Origin: Luteolibacter sp.
GTDB taxonomy: Bacteria; Verrucomicrobiota; Verrucomicrobiia; Verrucomicrobiales; Akkermansiaceae
Length of the DNA: 64,000 nt
Direction of reading: 5' to 3'
Assembly (NCBI GenBank): GCA_051252155.1
Contig: JBPOGB010000002.1
Coordinates: 297,125 to 361,124, forward strand
The notes under the pieces are model-generated. The model had not been told where the DNA came from, did not search any database, and saw only the letters and a list, made by a program, of their open reading frames with translations. Shown in pieces: positions 38,652 through 46,757 of the stretch. How positions within the stretch are numbered: the first letter of the stretch is position 1; every line of letters starts with the position of its first letter. The translations under genes and the position numbers were made by a program.

Positions 38652-39038
38652 TCACTCAGTAGGTCTCTTTTTTCGACTCCTAGGTAACCAAAACACCATG
38701 GCCAATATGGCGGTGAATCCGAACCATTCCCCTGCGCTTACCATCCACTCTGGGTCAGATACGTAAGCTTCTGCATCCACAAACATTCCAATCCCGACGG
38801 CTAATGAGCTGACAATGCATGTCACTAGAACCCTAGATGGTGGGATTCGAGAAATTTCAGAGCCGCAAACCATAGCGGTTGAAAGAACGATGAGAAACGC
38901 AATCGCAAGCACGGTACAAAACCAAGGCACTGTGTAGTTCCCCAAGGTACTCCAAAGGCTGTATTCCTGGATTACCGCAGAAGCGACAAGCAGGCAGAGA
39001 GCGGCTGCGGGGATTCCAAATTTATCACTCGCGCTCAT
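38652..39038 (-). CDS. 4-TM membrane protein, unknown function
   Basis: 128-aa ORF with a hydrophobic profile. It overlaps the upstream ORF by 14 nt and lies in the AT-richer segment. Confidence 0.5.
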   Translation of the reverse strand: MSASDKFGIPAAALCLLVASAVIQEYSLWSTLGNYTVPWFCTVLAIAFLIVLSTAMVCGSEISRIPPSRVLVTCIVSSLAVGIGMFVDAEAYVSDPEWMVSAGEWFGFTAILAMVFWLPRSRKKRPTE

Positions 39039-39561
39039 TCTTTTCGATCAAAGCGTCGTGTTCTTCTTCTGTTAGGGTTGCATGCTGTGGTGAATTCCAA
39101 GCCTCCTCTGCGGATTTTTTGGTGGGGACTAGAATTGATCCCCAGCCTATGGGGAGAAAATTTTTCCGTCCTAGGTTGTAGAGCTCAGGTTCGTTTTTAT
39201 CATCGGCCAGGAGCTCCATCGCATCCAATCTCCACATGGTCACGACTCCATCGACGGTTTTAAATGTCCAATTTGACTCAAGTGGAATGAACTCCTTGTG
39301 CTCGAGAACAATGGTATCACCGTCAACCGTGAAGGAGCCTTCTAAGGGGTAATCCAACTCCTCTCCCTTCGCCGGGAGTCGATCTGAGGTAAACCAATAC
39401 CGGAAACGATTTTCTTTCAGTTCCAATACAATCGAGTGCATTCCGTAAGTTAGGTAAACTCCATCCTTTGGTTTCGATGTCTCAATTTCCGGAGGCGCTG
39501 CGAGTATTGAGCTAGCTGCTACGAAACATGACAGGATTGGGAGTATGATGAATGCTTTCAT
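39025..39561 (-). CDS. Secreted protein, unknown function
   Basis: 178 aa with signal peptide MKAFIILPILSCFVAASSILA. No recognisable motif. Confidence 0.5.
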   Translation of the reverse strand: MKAFIILPILSCFVAASSILAAPPEIETSKPKDGVYLTYGMHSIVLELKENRFRYWFTSDRLPAKGEELDYPLEGSFTVDGDTIVLEHKEFIPLESNWTFKTVDGVVTMWRLDAMELLADDKNEPELYNLGRKNFLPIGWGSILVPTKKSAEEAWNSPQHATLTEEEHDALIEKNERE

Positions 39562-39814
39562 TACTAGTGAGACACGCGAGTCACGGTTTTCTTAGAAGAA
39601 TGAGGGCATTAAGGCTTTGCTGATTTTTCAATTTCTTCGGTAGTGCTCATTTGTCACTGGCCAGCATAGCGAGCCTAGTCAACAGGGTGCTCGTTCCGAT
39701 CAACAACGCACCACCTGACTCGGTTTTCAATTCGTTCCGCGCACTTCCGGTTTGAATCCAAGAAATACGAAATGGTATAACTGGAAATAAAAATATTTTC
39801 CTGATCCCAAAACT

Positions 39815-40033
39815 CTACTCCGTGGGAACGTGCGGTTCGAGGGTCAAGGCTCGTTCATGTTCACCGGCTTTGGCGGCTCGGCGCGCTTCGTGGAAGAAAT
39901 ACTCCTGAGCACGGAAGGGTTTGGCTCCTTTTTCCGGTTCGATTCGCTCTGAACATCCGTTGGGCAGAATGATCGAGGCTTGGGTGGTGTCTCGGGAATA
40001 GGTTTCGAGGATTTTAATCATTTGTCTGTCCAA
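39815..40033 (-). CDS. Small hypothetical protein (72 aa)
   Basis: The ORF begins 21 nt after the stop of the 1522-aa gene. Its C-terminal 44 codons recur as a fragment at 44906-45037, which supports it being, or having been, a real gene. Confidence 0.4.
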   Translation of the reverse strand: MDRQMIKILETYSRDTTQASIILPNGCSERIEPEKGAKPFRAQEYFFHEARRAAKAGEHERALTLEPHVPTE

Positions 40034-40053
40034 CTGCGACCTCTTTCATTGTC

Positions 40054-43000
40054 TCAGGGGACGTAAACGGCTTCGAAGAGATAGAAGGCGCGGCCTGAGG
40101 GGGGTGTTGTGTCGATGACAGAGAAGCTGGTGGCGCCGGGGATTGAGGTGATGCCGGATTGGTTGGTGGGGGTGAGAGTGGGGCCGTCGAAACGGAAGAT
40201 TTCCACAAAGCTGCCGGGCAGGAGCGTGGTGGAGCGTTTAAGAAGCCAGATGGTGTTAGCTTCGGCGGCAGGGTTGCGGCCGAAGGTGAAGGTGGCGTGG
40301 CCGCTGCCGTTGAAGACCGGGCTGGTGAGGTTGGCGGGATGACCGGGATCAGAAATATTGGGATCGGTGCCGAGGGCGTGTTCGATGCCGTAGGGGTTGC
40401 CGTCGAGGTCGGTGTCGGTGGGCCAGAGGGCAGCGAAATCGGGAGCGGCGGTTTCCACGGCACCAATGTCGAGGGCTCCATTGAGGAAGCGGGGCAAGCC
40501 GCGCTGATCAGTGCCGCCGGGGTCGGTGGTGCCGCCGGCGTCGATGGCGGGCGAGCCGGAAAGCGGTGGCATGGTCTGGGTGGGGCCGCCGTAGTCGCCA
40601 AGCGGAAGCAGCATCGGGCTGGGAGCAATGATGAGCGCGGCGGCGGGGGCAAGGCCGTTGCTGCCTGAGGTATCAGAGAAGAGGTTCACACCGAGCAGGG
40701 TGGTGGAGGCTTCGGCGGCCGTGCCAGATTCCCGTAGATCAGGTCCTGTGGTCGCGGTGTTCCCTGCCAGGATAGAATTGGAGAGGCTCAGCGTCGCGCT
40801 GCCTGAGGTGTGGCCGGCGTTGTAGATGCCGCCGCCGAAGTTAGCGGAATTTCCGGAGAGGGTGCAGGCGGTGAGGCTCAGCGTCGCGCTGCCTGATCTG
40901 GGGCCTGCGCTGTTGATGCCGCCGCCGTGCGTAGCGGAATTGCCGGAGAGGGTGCAGGCGGTGAGGCTCAGCGTCGCGCTGCCTCCGTCGCCGCCGTCGC
41001 TGTTGATGCCGCCGCCGATGCCCGAAGCGGAATTGCCGGAGAGGGTGCAGGCGGTGAGGCTCAGTGTCGCGTGGTCGCTGTAGATGGCTCCGCCGCTATT
41101 TGCTGGGGAAGCACCAGTGGCGTTACCGCCGGTGAGGGTGAGGGAGTCCATGCTCACGGTCGAGCCTGAGCTGATCTCGAATACGCGGGAGCTTCCCGCT
41201 GCGTCAATAGTGATGCCATTGGCGAGAGCCGAGGCATCGATGGTGAGATCCTTATTCACTAACAACTGGGTGCCACCGAGGGTGATGGTCAACCCAGAAA
41301 GGGAGGGATCAAAGTTGATGATGGCACTTGGGGAGGCGCTTGTGATGGTGTCGCGCAGTGAGCCCGCGCCGCTGTCGGCGATAGTCGTGACGATGAAATA
41401 CTGGAGTTCGGCGGCGCCGATATCGGGTAAGCTGCCAAAGATTCGCGGGAGGTCGCGTTGATCGGTGCTGGGAGAGCCAGCGATGGTGATGGCGGCGTCG
41501 ACCGCCGGGGAGGAAACGGAAAGCGGCGGCATGGTCTGGGTGGGGCCGCCGTAGTCTCCAAGCGTAGCGAGTTGGGGGTTGGTGATGCCGACTTGATCCT
41601 TGGGCTGATTGAAATCGCCGGTAGCGTTACCGGTGCCGATGAGGTTGGCGTCGTTGCTGGTGAAGCTGTTGGTGGCAGCCACAACGAAATCAATATCGCT
41701 GTTGGTATTGCCGGAGATGATGGTAGCGAAGACCTCGGTTTCGGTGAGGGTGTCGCCAACACTGCCCCCGCCGCTGCCCTTTCCAGCGGGTGCGGTGTTT
41801 CCGGTGATGGTGCAGTGGGTGAGGCTGGTTTTGCCAGTGTTGTTGTAAATGCCCCCCCCTGCGAAAGTCGCGGTATTATTGGTGATGGTGCAGCTGATGA
41901 GGGTCGTGGTTTGGCCAGAGAGATTCGTGTGGCTGTAGAGGCCGCCTCCAACGTCAGTCGAGTTGCCAGTGATGGTGGAGTTCTGCAGGGTGAGAGAGCT
42001 ATTGAGGACATAGATTCCTCCTCCAAAGCTGCCCGTGGCATTGCCCCCGGTGATGGTGAGGGTATCGAGGGTGACTACGCTGCCGCTGGTGATGTTGATC
42101 ACCCGAGAAGTGTTGTTGGCGTCGATGGTGATGCCGTCGGGGAGAGCCGAGGCATCGATGGCGAGGTCCTTGTCGATGAGGAGTTCGGTGCCGCTGAGGG
42201 TGATGGTTTGCCCCGAGAGGGAGGGGTGAAAGGTGATGGTGGTTCCGGCTGGGGCGTTGGCGATGGTGTCACGGAGGGAGCCTTCGCCGCTGTCGGCGAG
42301 AGCCGTGACGAAGTCGCGGGATTCGGCGGCACCGATATCGGGGAAGCTACCATAGATTCGGGGGAGGCCGCGTTGATCGGTGGTGGGCGATCCGGCGAGG
42401 GTGATAGCCGCGTCGACCGCCGGGGAGGAAACGGAAAGCGGTGGCATGGTCTGGGTGGGGCCGCCGTAGTCGCCGAGGGGGCTAAGCTCCGGGTCGGTAT
42501 CGACGATGAGCGCGGCGGCGGGGGCAAGGCCGTTGTTGCCTGAGGTATCGGAGATCAGGTTCACGCCGAGTAGGGTGGTGGTGGCCCCGGTTCCAAATTC
42601 CCCCAGATCAGGGCCGGTGGTCGCGGTGTTTCCTGCCAGGATCGTATTCTCGAGGCTCAGCGTCGCGCTGCCCGAGGAACCGATGTTGTAGATCCCTCCG
42701 CCGGTGTTCGTGCCGGAATTGCCTGAGACGGTGCAGGCGGTGAGACTCAGCGTCGCGCTGCCTGAGTCGCGGCCTTCGCTGAAGATGCCGCCGCCGAAGT
42801 CCGCGGAATTTCCGGAAAGAGTGCAGGCGGAGAGGCTCAGCGTCGCGCTGCCTTCGAAGCCGTTGCTGAAGATGCCGCCGCCCGAAGTGTTTGCGAAATT
42901 TCCGGAGAGGGTGCAGGCGGTGAGGCTCAGCGTCGCGCTGCCTCCGTCGCCGCCGTTGCTGAAGATGCCGCCGCCTTCGAATTGAGCGGAATTGCCGGAG

Positions 43001-44622
43001 AGGGTGCAGGCGGTGAGGCTCAGCGTCGCGCTGCCTTCGAAGCCGTTGCTGAAGATGCCGCCGCCGAAGTCCGCGGAATTTCCGGAAAGAGTGCAGGCGG
43101 TGAGGCTTAGCGTCGCGTGGTCGCTGTAGATGGCACCACCGAAATTTACTGGGGAATTACCGGTGGCGTTACCTCCGGTGAGGGTGAGGGAGTTCATGCT
43201 CACGGTCGAGCCCGGGTTGATCTCGAACACGCGGGAGCTTCCCGCGGCGTCAATCGTGATGCCATTGGCGAGAGCCGAGGCATCGATGGTGAGATCCTTA
43301 TTCACTAACAACTGGGTGCCACCGAGGGTGATGGTTTGCCCTGAGAGAGAAGGATCAAAGATGATGGTGTCACCCGGGGAGGCACTTGTGATGGTGTCGC
43401 GGAGTGAGCCGCCGCCACTGTCAGCGAGAGTGGTGACGGTCAAGGTGGCTTCCACATAGGCTTCGATTTCGGTGATGGTGCTGCCTCCTTGTGAGGCGAC
43501 GACGCGGACTCCGGTGACGTTGGCGACCGGGGTGTTGAGTTCGAAGAGATGGCGGCCGAATTCAGTCGGCGTCGTGGAGGTGAGGGTGCCGAAGGTGGTC
43601 CAGCTGAGGGCGTCGACTTGGGCAGGGGTTTCGAGATCAACACCAGCAAAGCTGTCGGTGGTGTATTGCATGGTGAAGGTGCCGTCGGAGCGGTTATCGA
43701 AGCGGCTTCCGAAGCCGAAGCGGACTAGGGTCGAGGGGGAGGCAAACTTGACGCCACCCCAGCCGTTGGGGTCGGCGGCCTGACTGATCCAGGGGCGGGT
43801 GGCATCGTCGATGTCAGGCGCACTCACGCCGTAAACCCCGTTGTTAAGCTTGTCGTCGCCATAGGTGGTGCTGATACGGCTGCTTTCGAAAGGGCTGCCT
43901 CCGTTGGCGGCTAGGGCGACGTTGGTTCGGCCCGCAGTCGCCGGGGTGCCGCTGTTTGGGTTGGCGTTGAACGCAAGGCGTTGATCGGTTTCGAGGACCG
44001 TGACCGATCCGGAGAGAGAGAGGGTCGCGTGGGGGATGAAGTAAGGCTGTTCATTGATCTGGAAATCATCCACCAGCAAGGTCGAGTTGGGGGTCTGGTT
44101 TTGGAGATGGAGGGCCGCGGTGGCACCGGTCGCGACGAAGCTGCCCTCGATGAGATAGTAAGGGTTCGCGCCACCGACGGCGGGGCTGGCCGTGAAGGGG
44201 ACGTGCGCCTGACCATTCAGCGACCAGGAGGCATTCGGCGCGAAGGTGACGGCTCGCATATTCGCACGGAAGCTGACGTCATATTTGGCGCCGGAGGTCA
44301 GCCCGGTGATCGTGGTGGAGAGGGTCGCCAGTGAGTTCTGAAAGCTCTGGATGAACGCCACCTGGCTGCCGTCCGGGATGGCCCCGTTATCGGCGAAGGG
44401 GTTTGGCGTGGCGTGCGCCGTGACCGGGTTGATTCCCGGTGAGGCGGCGTTGATCGGCGGGCTGGATACCCATCCGCTGATGTCTGCCGGGTTGGAGCCT
44501 CCATTGTAGCCTGGCCACTGAGTGTAGGAATCGGTCTCGAAGCTCGGGTTCGGGATGACCTGGGCTGACAGAGAGTGGACGAAAAAAAGAGCGACGTAAG
44601 CGAGTAGGGGCAGGAGTTTCAT
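40054..44622 (-). CDS. Giant secreted right-handed beta-helix protein with three choice-of-anchor-Q-like modules and N-terminal carbohydrate-binding-like domains
   Basis: 1522 aa with signal peptide MKLLPLLAYVALFFVHSLSAQ. It has a DUF642/CBM-like start (IPNPSFETD...ISGW). Three modules begin ADSG(G/E/A)GSLRDTI, and each ends PLGDYGGPTQTMPPLS...DQRGLPR...DIGAAE. The coils are GGGI(F/Y/N)S...SATLSLTACTLSGNSA. Confidence 0.85.
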   Translation of the reverse strand: MKLLPLLAYVALFFVHSLSAQVIPNPSFETDSYTQWPGYNGGSNPADISGWVSSPPINAASPGINPVTAHATPNPFADNGAIPDGSQVAFIQSFQNSLATLSTTITGLTSGAKYDVSFRANMRAVTFAPNASWSLNGQAHVPFTASPAVGGANPYYLIEGSFVATGATAALHLQNQTPNSTLLVDDFQINEQPYFIPHATLSLSGSVTVLETDQRLAFNANPNSGTPATAGRTNVALAANGGSPFESSRISTTYGDDKLNNGVYGVSAPDIDDATRPWISQAADPNGWGGVKFASPSTLVRFGFGSRFDNRSDGTFTMQYTTDSFAGVDLETPAQVDALSWTTFGTLTSTTPTEFGRHLFELNTPVANVTGVRVVASQGGSTITEIEAYVEATLTVTTLADSGGGSLRDTITSASPGDTIIFDPSLSGQTITLGGTQLLVNKDLTIDASALANGITIDAAGSSRVFEINPGSTVSMNSLTLTGGNATGNSPVNFGGAIYSDHATLSLTACTLSGNSADFGGGIFSNGFEGSATLSLTACTLSGNSAQFEGGGIFSNGGDGGSATLSLTACTLSGNFANTSGGGIFSNGFEGSATLSLSACTLSGNSADFGGGIFSEGRDSGSATLSLTACTVSGNSGTNTGGGIYNIGSSGSATLSLENTILAGNTATTGPDLGEFGTGATTTLLGVNLISDTSGNNGLAPAAALIVDTDPELSPLGDYGGPTQTMPPLSVSSPAVDAAITLAGSPTTDQRGLPRIYGSFPDIGAAESRDFVTALADSGEGSLRDTIANAPAGTTITFHPSLSGQTITLSGTELLIDKDLAIDASALPDGITIDANNTSRVINITSGSVVTLDTLTITGGNATGSFGGGIYVLNSSLTLQNSTITGNSTDVGGGLYSHTNLSGQTTTLISCTITNNTATFAGGGIYNNTGKTSLTHCTITGNTAPAGKGSGGGSVGDTLTETEVFATIISGNTNSDIDFVVAATNSFTSNDANLIGTGNATGDFNQPKDQVGITNPQLATLGDYGGPTQTMPPLSVSSPAVDAAITIAGSPSTDQRDLPRIFGSLPDIGAAELQYFIVTTIADSGAGSLRDTITSASPSAIINFDPSLSGLTITLGGTQLLVNKDLTIDASALANGITIDAAGSSRVFEISSGSTVSMDSLTLTGGNATGASPANSGGAIYSDHATLSLTACTLSGNSASGIGGGINSDGGDGGSATLSLTACTLSGNSATHGGGINSAGPRSGSATLSLTACTLSGNSANFGGGIYNAGHTSGSATLSLSNSILAGNTATTGPDLRESGTAAEASTTLLGVNLFSDTSGSNGLAPAAALIIAPSPMLLPLGDYGGPTQTMPPLSGSPAIDAGGTTDPGGTDQRGLPRFLNGALDIGAVETAAPDFAALWPTDTDLDGNPYGIEHALGTDPNISDPGHPANLTSPVFNGSGHATFTFGRNPAAEANTIWLLKRSTTLLPGSFVEIFRFDGPTLTPTNQSGITSIPGATSFSVIDTTPPSGRAFYLFEAVYVP

Positions 44623-44905
44623 AGTGTAGTTGTGGTAGAGACGGAAAAATCCATCCTGTGACCATAACTACAGGAGAACCCTTAGAGAGTAGGGCATTGG
44701 AGACCAAAGACGAGGGAAAACGGCTGCCTCGCAGGAGTGTCCCTCCTCCCGAAAATCACACGAAAAGATGCCATGAAGCCAGGCAAACAGTAATCTTGTT
44801 GGCAAAATCCCGTTGGAATTAAGGGGTATTGATGGCTCCGGCCGTGGGGATAACGGGGCGGAGTATGGGCGAACGTGAGGCGGGTGGGGTGTGCCTTTGG
44901 GATCA

Positions 44906-45037
44906 CTCTACTCCGTGGGAACGTGCGGTTCGAGGGTCATGGCCCGTTCATGTTCACGGGCTTTGGCGGCTCGGCGCGCTTCGCGGAAGAAATACTCCTG
45001 GGCACGGAAGGGTTTGGCTCCTTTTGCCAGCTCGATT
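44906..45037 (-). pseudogene. 3' fragment of a paralog of the 72-aa ORF
   Basis: The reverse-strand translation ...LAKGAKPFRAQEYFFREARRAAKAREHERAMTLEPHVPTE* aligns with 39815-39944. By hand alignment about 9 differences occur in 132 nt. No start codon or N-terminal part is present. Confidence 0.65.
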
Positions 45038-45087
45038 AACCTACAAAAGGCCAATGAGTCGGGCATGGAGGGATGTTGTCCATTTCC

Positions 45088-46458
45088 TCAGAACAGCAGT
45101 AAAGCCAGAGCTGTGATGAGGAGGATGAATGATAGGTTCAGGGCGAGGCCGGTGCGCATCATGGCGTTGAGGGGGATGCGGCCGGTGGCGAAGACGATGG
45201 CGTTTGGTGGGGTGCCGACGGGGAGCATGAAGGCGCAGGAGGCGGCGAGGGCGAGTGGGAGGATGAGTTGGGAGGGGGCGAGGGAGTATTCCTGCGCCAT
45301 GGAGTAGAAGATGGGGACGAGGAGTGCGGCGGAGGCGGTGTTGCTGGAGAGTTCTGTGAGGAAGATGACGAAGGTGACGACGGCGGCGATGATGAGCCAG
45401 AGTGGCCATGCCTCCATGGTGGCACCCAAGAGGCGAGCCATGAAGAGGCTGGCGCCGGAGTTTGAGAGGATGCCGCTGAGGGCGAGTCCACCGCCGAAGA
45501 GGAAAAGCACTCCCCAATCGGTGCCGCGGTCGATTTCCTGCCAGGTGACGGTTTTCGTAAGAGTGAGGAGGGCAACGGCAGCGAGGGCGATCCAGGTATC
45601 AGTACTGGAGATGTTGAGGAGTGAGCCGAGTTGCTTGGAGAAGATCCAGGCGAGGGCGGTGAGGGCGAAGATGGCGAGGGTGGTCTTGCGCGGGAGATTA
45701 AAGGAGAAGCTGGAGGCTTCGTTTTCTGGGAGGGAGGGTATTTCTCCGATGGCGTGGCTGGTGGGGCGAAGGATGAGCCAGAGGATGGCGACCATGGCTG
45801 GTAGGAGGACTGCGACGGCGGGGACGCCGAAGGCCATCCATTCGGTGAATCCAATGCCGAGCTGCTTGGCGGCGATGCCATTGGGTGGGCTGCCGACGAT
45901 GGTGCCGAGGCCGCCGATAGAGGCGGAGTAGGCGAGGCCGAGTAGGAGGAAGCGGGAATTGCATGGGTTGCCGGTACTGTCGCCAAAGCGGCTGAGGATG
46001 CCGAGGGCGAGGGGGATCATCATAGCGGTGGTGGCGGTGTTGCTGATCCACATGGAGAGGACGGCAGTGCCGAGAAACAGCCAGAGGGCGACGGGGATGA
46101 ATTTTCCTTTGCCGAGGACGGCGATGCGATCGGCGAGCCATCGGTCGAGTCCCTGCGCGGAGAGTGCGGAGGCGAGGGCGAAGCCGCCGAAGAAGAGGAA
46201 GATGAGTGGGTGGGCGAATGAGGCGAGTGAGGTTTTGACATCGGTGAGCCCCATGGCGGCACCTAGAACAGGGACGAGGAGGGCGGTGACGGCAAGGGGG
46301 AGGGCTTCTGTCATCCAGAGGCAGGCGATGCAGGCAAAGAAGGCGAGGCCGAGGCGGACGCTGTGAGGATCGAGTCCTTCCATGGCGGAGGCTTTTTCCG
46401 GGAGGGGGAGGAAAAAGGCGATGGCGAGGAGTAATATGACGCTTATGGCGGGCTTCAT
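45088..46458 (-). CDS. SLC13/DASS family anion:sodium symporter
   Basis: 456 aa and polytopic. It has duplicated SNT motifs (WISNTATTAMM and ELSSNTASAALL). Confidence 0.85.
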   Translation of the reverse strand: MKPAISVILLLAIAFFLPLPEKASAMEGLDPHSVRLGLAFFACIACLWMTEALPLAVTALLVPVLGAAMGLTDVKTSLASFAHPLIFLFFGGFALASALSAQGLDRWLADRIAVLGKGKFIPVALWLFLGTAVLSMWISNTATTAMMIPLALGILSRFGDSTGNPCNSRFLLLGLAYSASIGGLGTIVGSPPNGIAAKQLGIGFTEWMAFGVPAVAVLLPAMVAILWLILRPTSHAIGEIPSLPENEASSFSFNLPRKTTLAIFALTALAWIFSKQLGSLLNISSTDTWIALAAVALLTLTKTVTWQEIDRGTDWGVLFLFGGGLALSGILSNSGASLFMARLLGATMEAWPLWLIIAAVVTFVIFLTELSSNTASAALLVPIFYSMAQEYSLAPSQLILPLALAASCAFMLPVGTPPNAIVFATGRIPLNAMMRTGLALNLSFILLITALALLLF

Positions 46459-46534
46459 TTCAGATATTTAAGGTTGAATCGTTGGAGTTTGCTAGTGTTC
46501 AGTTTTCAGTTTTCAGTTTGAAGGTGGGGGAAGT

Positions 46535-46584
46535 TGCTAGTGCCGAGTGATCAGTGATCAGTGGGAAGACTTGGGTTGTGGGCT
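46535..46584 (+). repeat. Dispersed intergenic repeat, compact copy
   Basis: TGCTAGTGCCGAG-tga-TCAGTGATCAGTGGGAAGACTTGGGTTGTGGGCT. Both arms recur at 49382-49504. Confidence 0.7.
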
Positions 46585-46690
46585 GGGGTTGTTGGCTGGG
46601 GTTGTTGGCTGGGGTTGTTGGCTGGGGTTGTTGGCTGGGTTTGTTGGCTGGGTTTGTTGGCTGGGGTTGTTGGGGTGGGGTTGATTGAGG
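46568..46690. repeat. 13-bp tandem repeat GGCTGGGGTTGTT, 7 well-formed copies (46581-46671) plus degenerate flanking copies
   Basis: Copies were counted base by base: 46581, 46594, 46607, 46620, 46633, 46646 and 46659. Copies 5 and 6 read GGCTGGGTTTGTT. The repeat lies between the divergent genes at 46458 (-) and 46758 (+). Confidence 0.9.
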
Positions 46691-46757
46691 CGGATGGCAT
46701 CCGCCTCTCCTTGGGTTGTGGGTGGTGCCGACGGGGACGTCGGCGCTCCCGGGGAAC

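Noticed and set aside
40700-43110. Regularly recurring CTCAGCGTCGCGCTGCC-containing units that might suggest a CRISPR-like array
   Set aside because: The units lie inside a long intact ORF and encode the beta-helix coil SATLSLTACTLSGN. The spacers are also conserved, and there is no leader or cas context.
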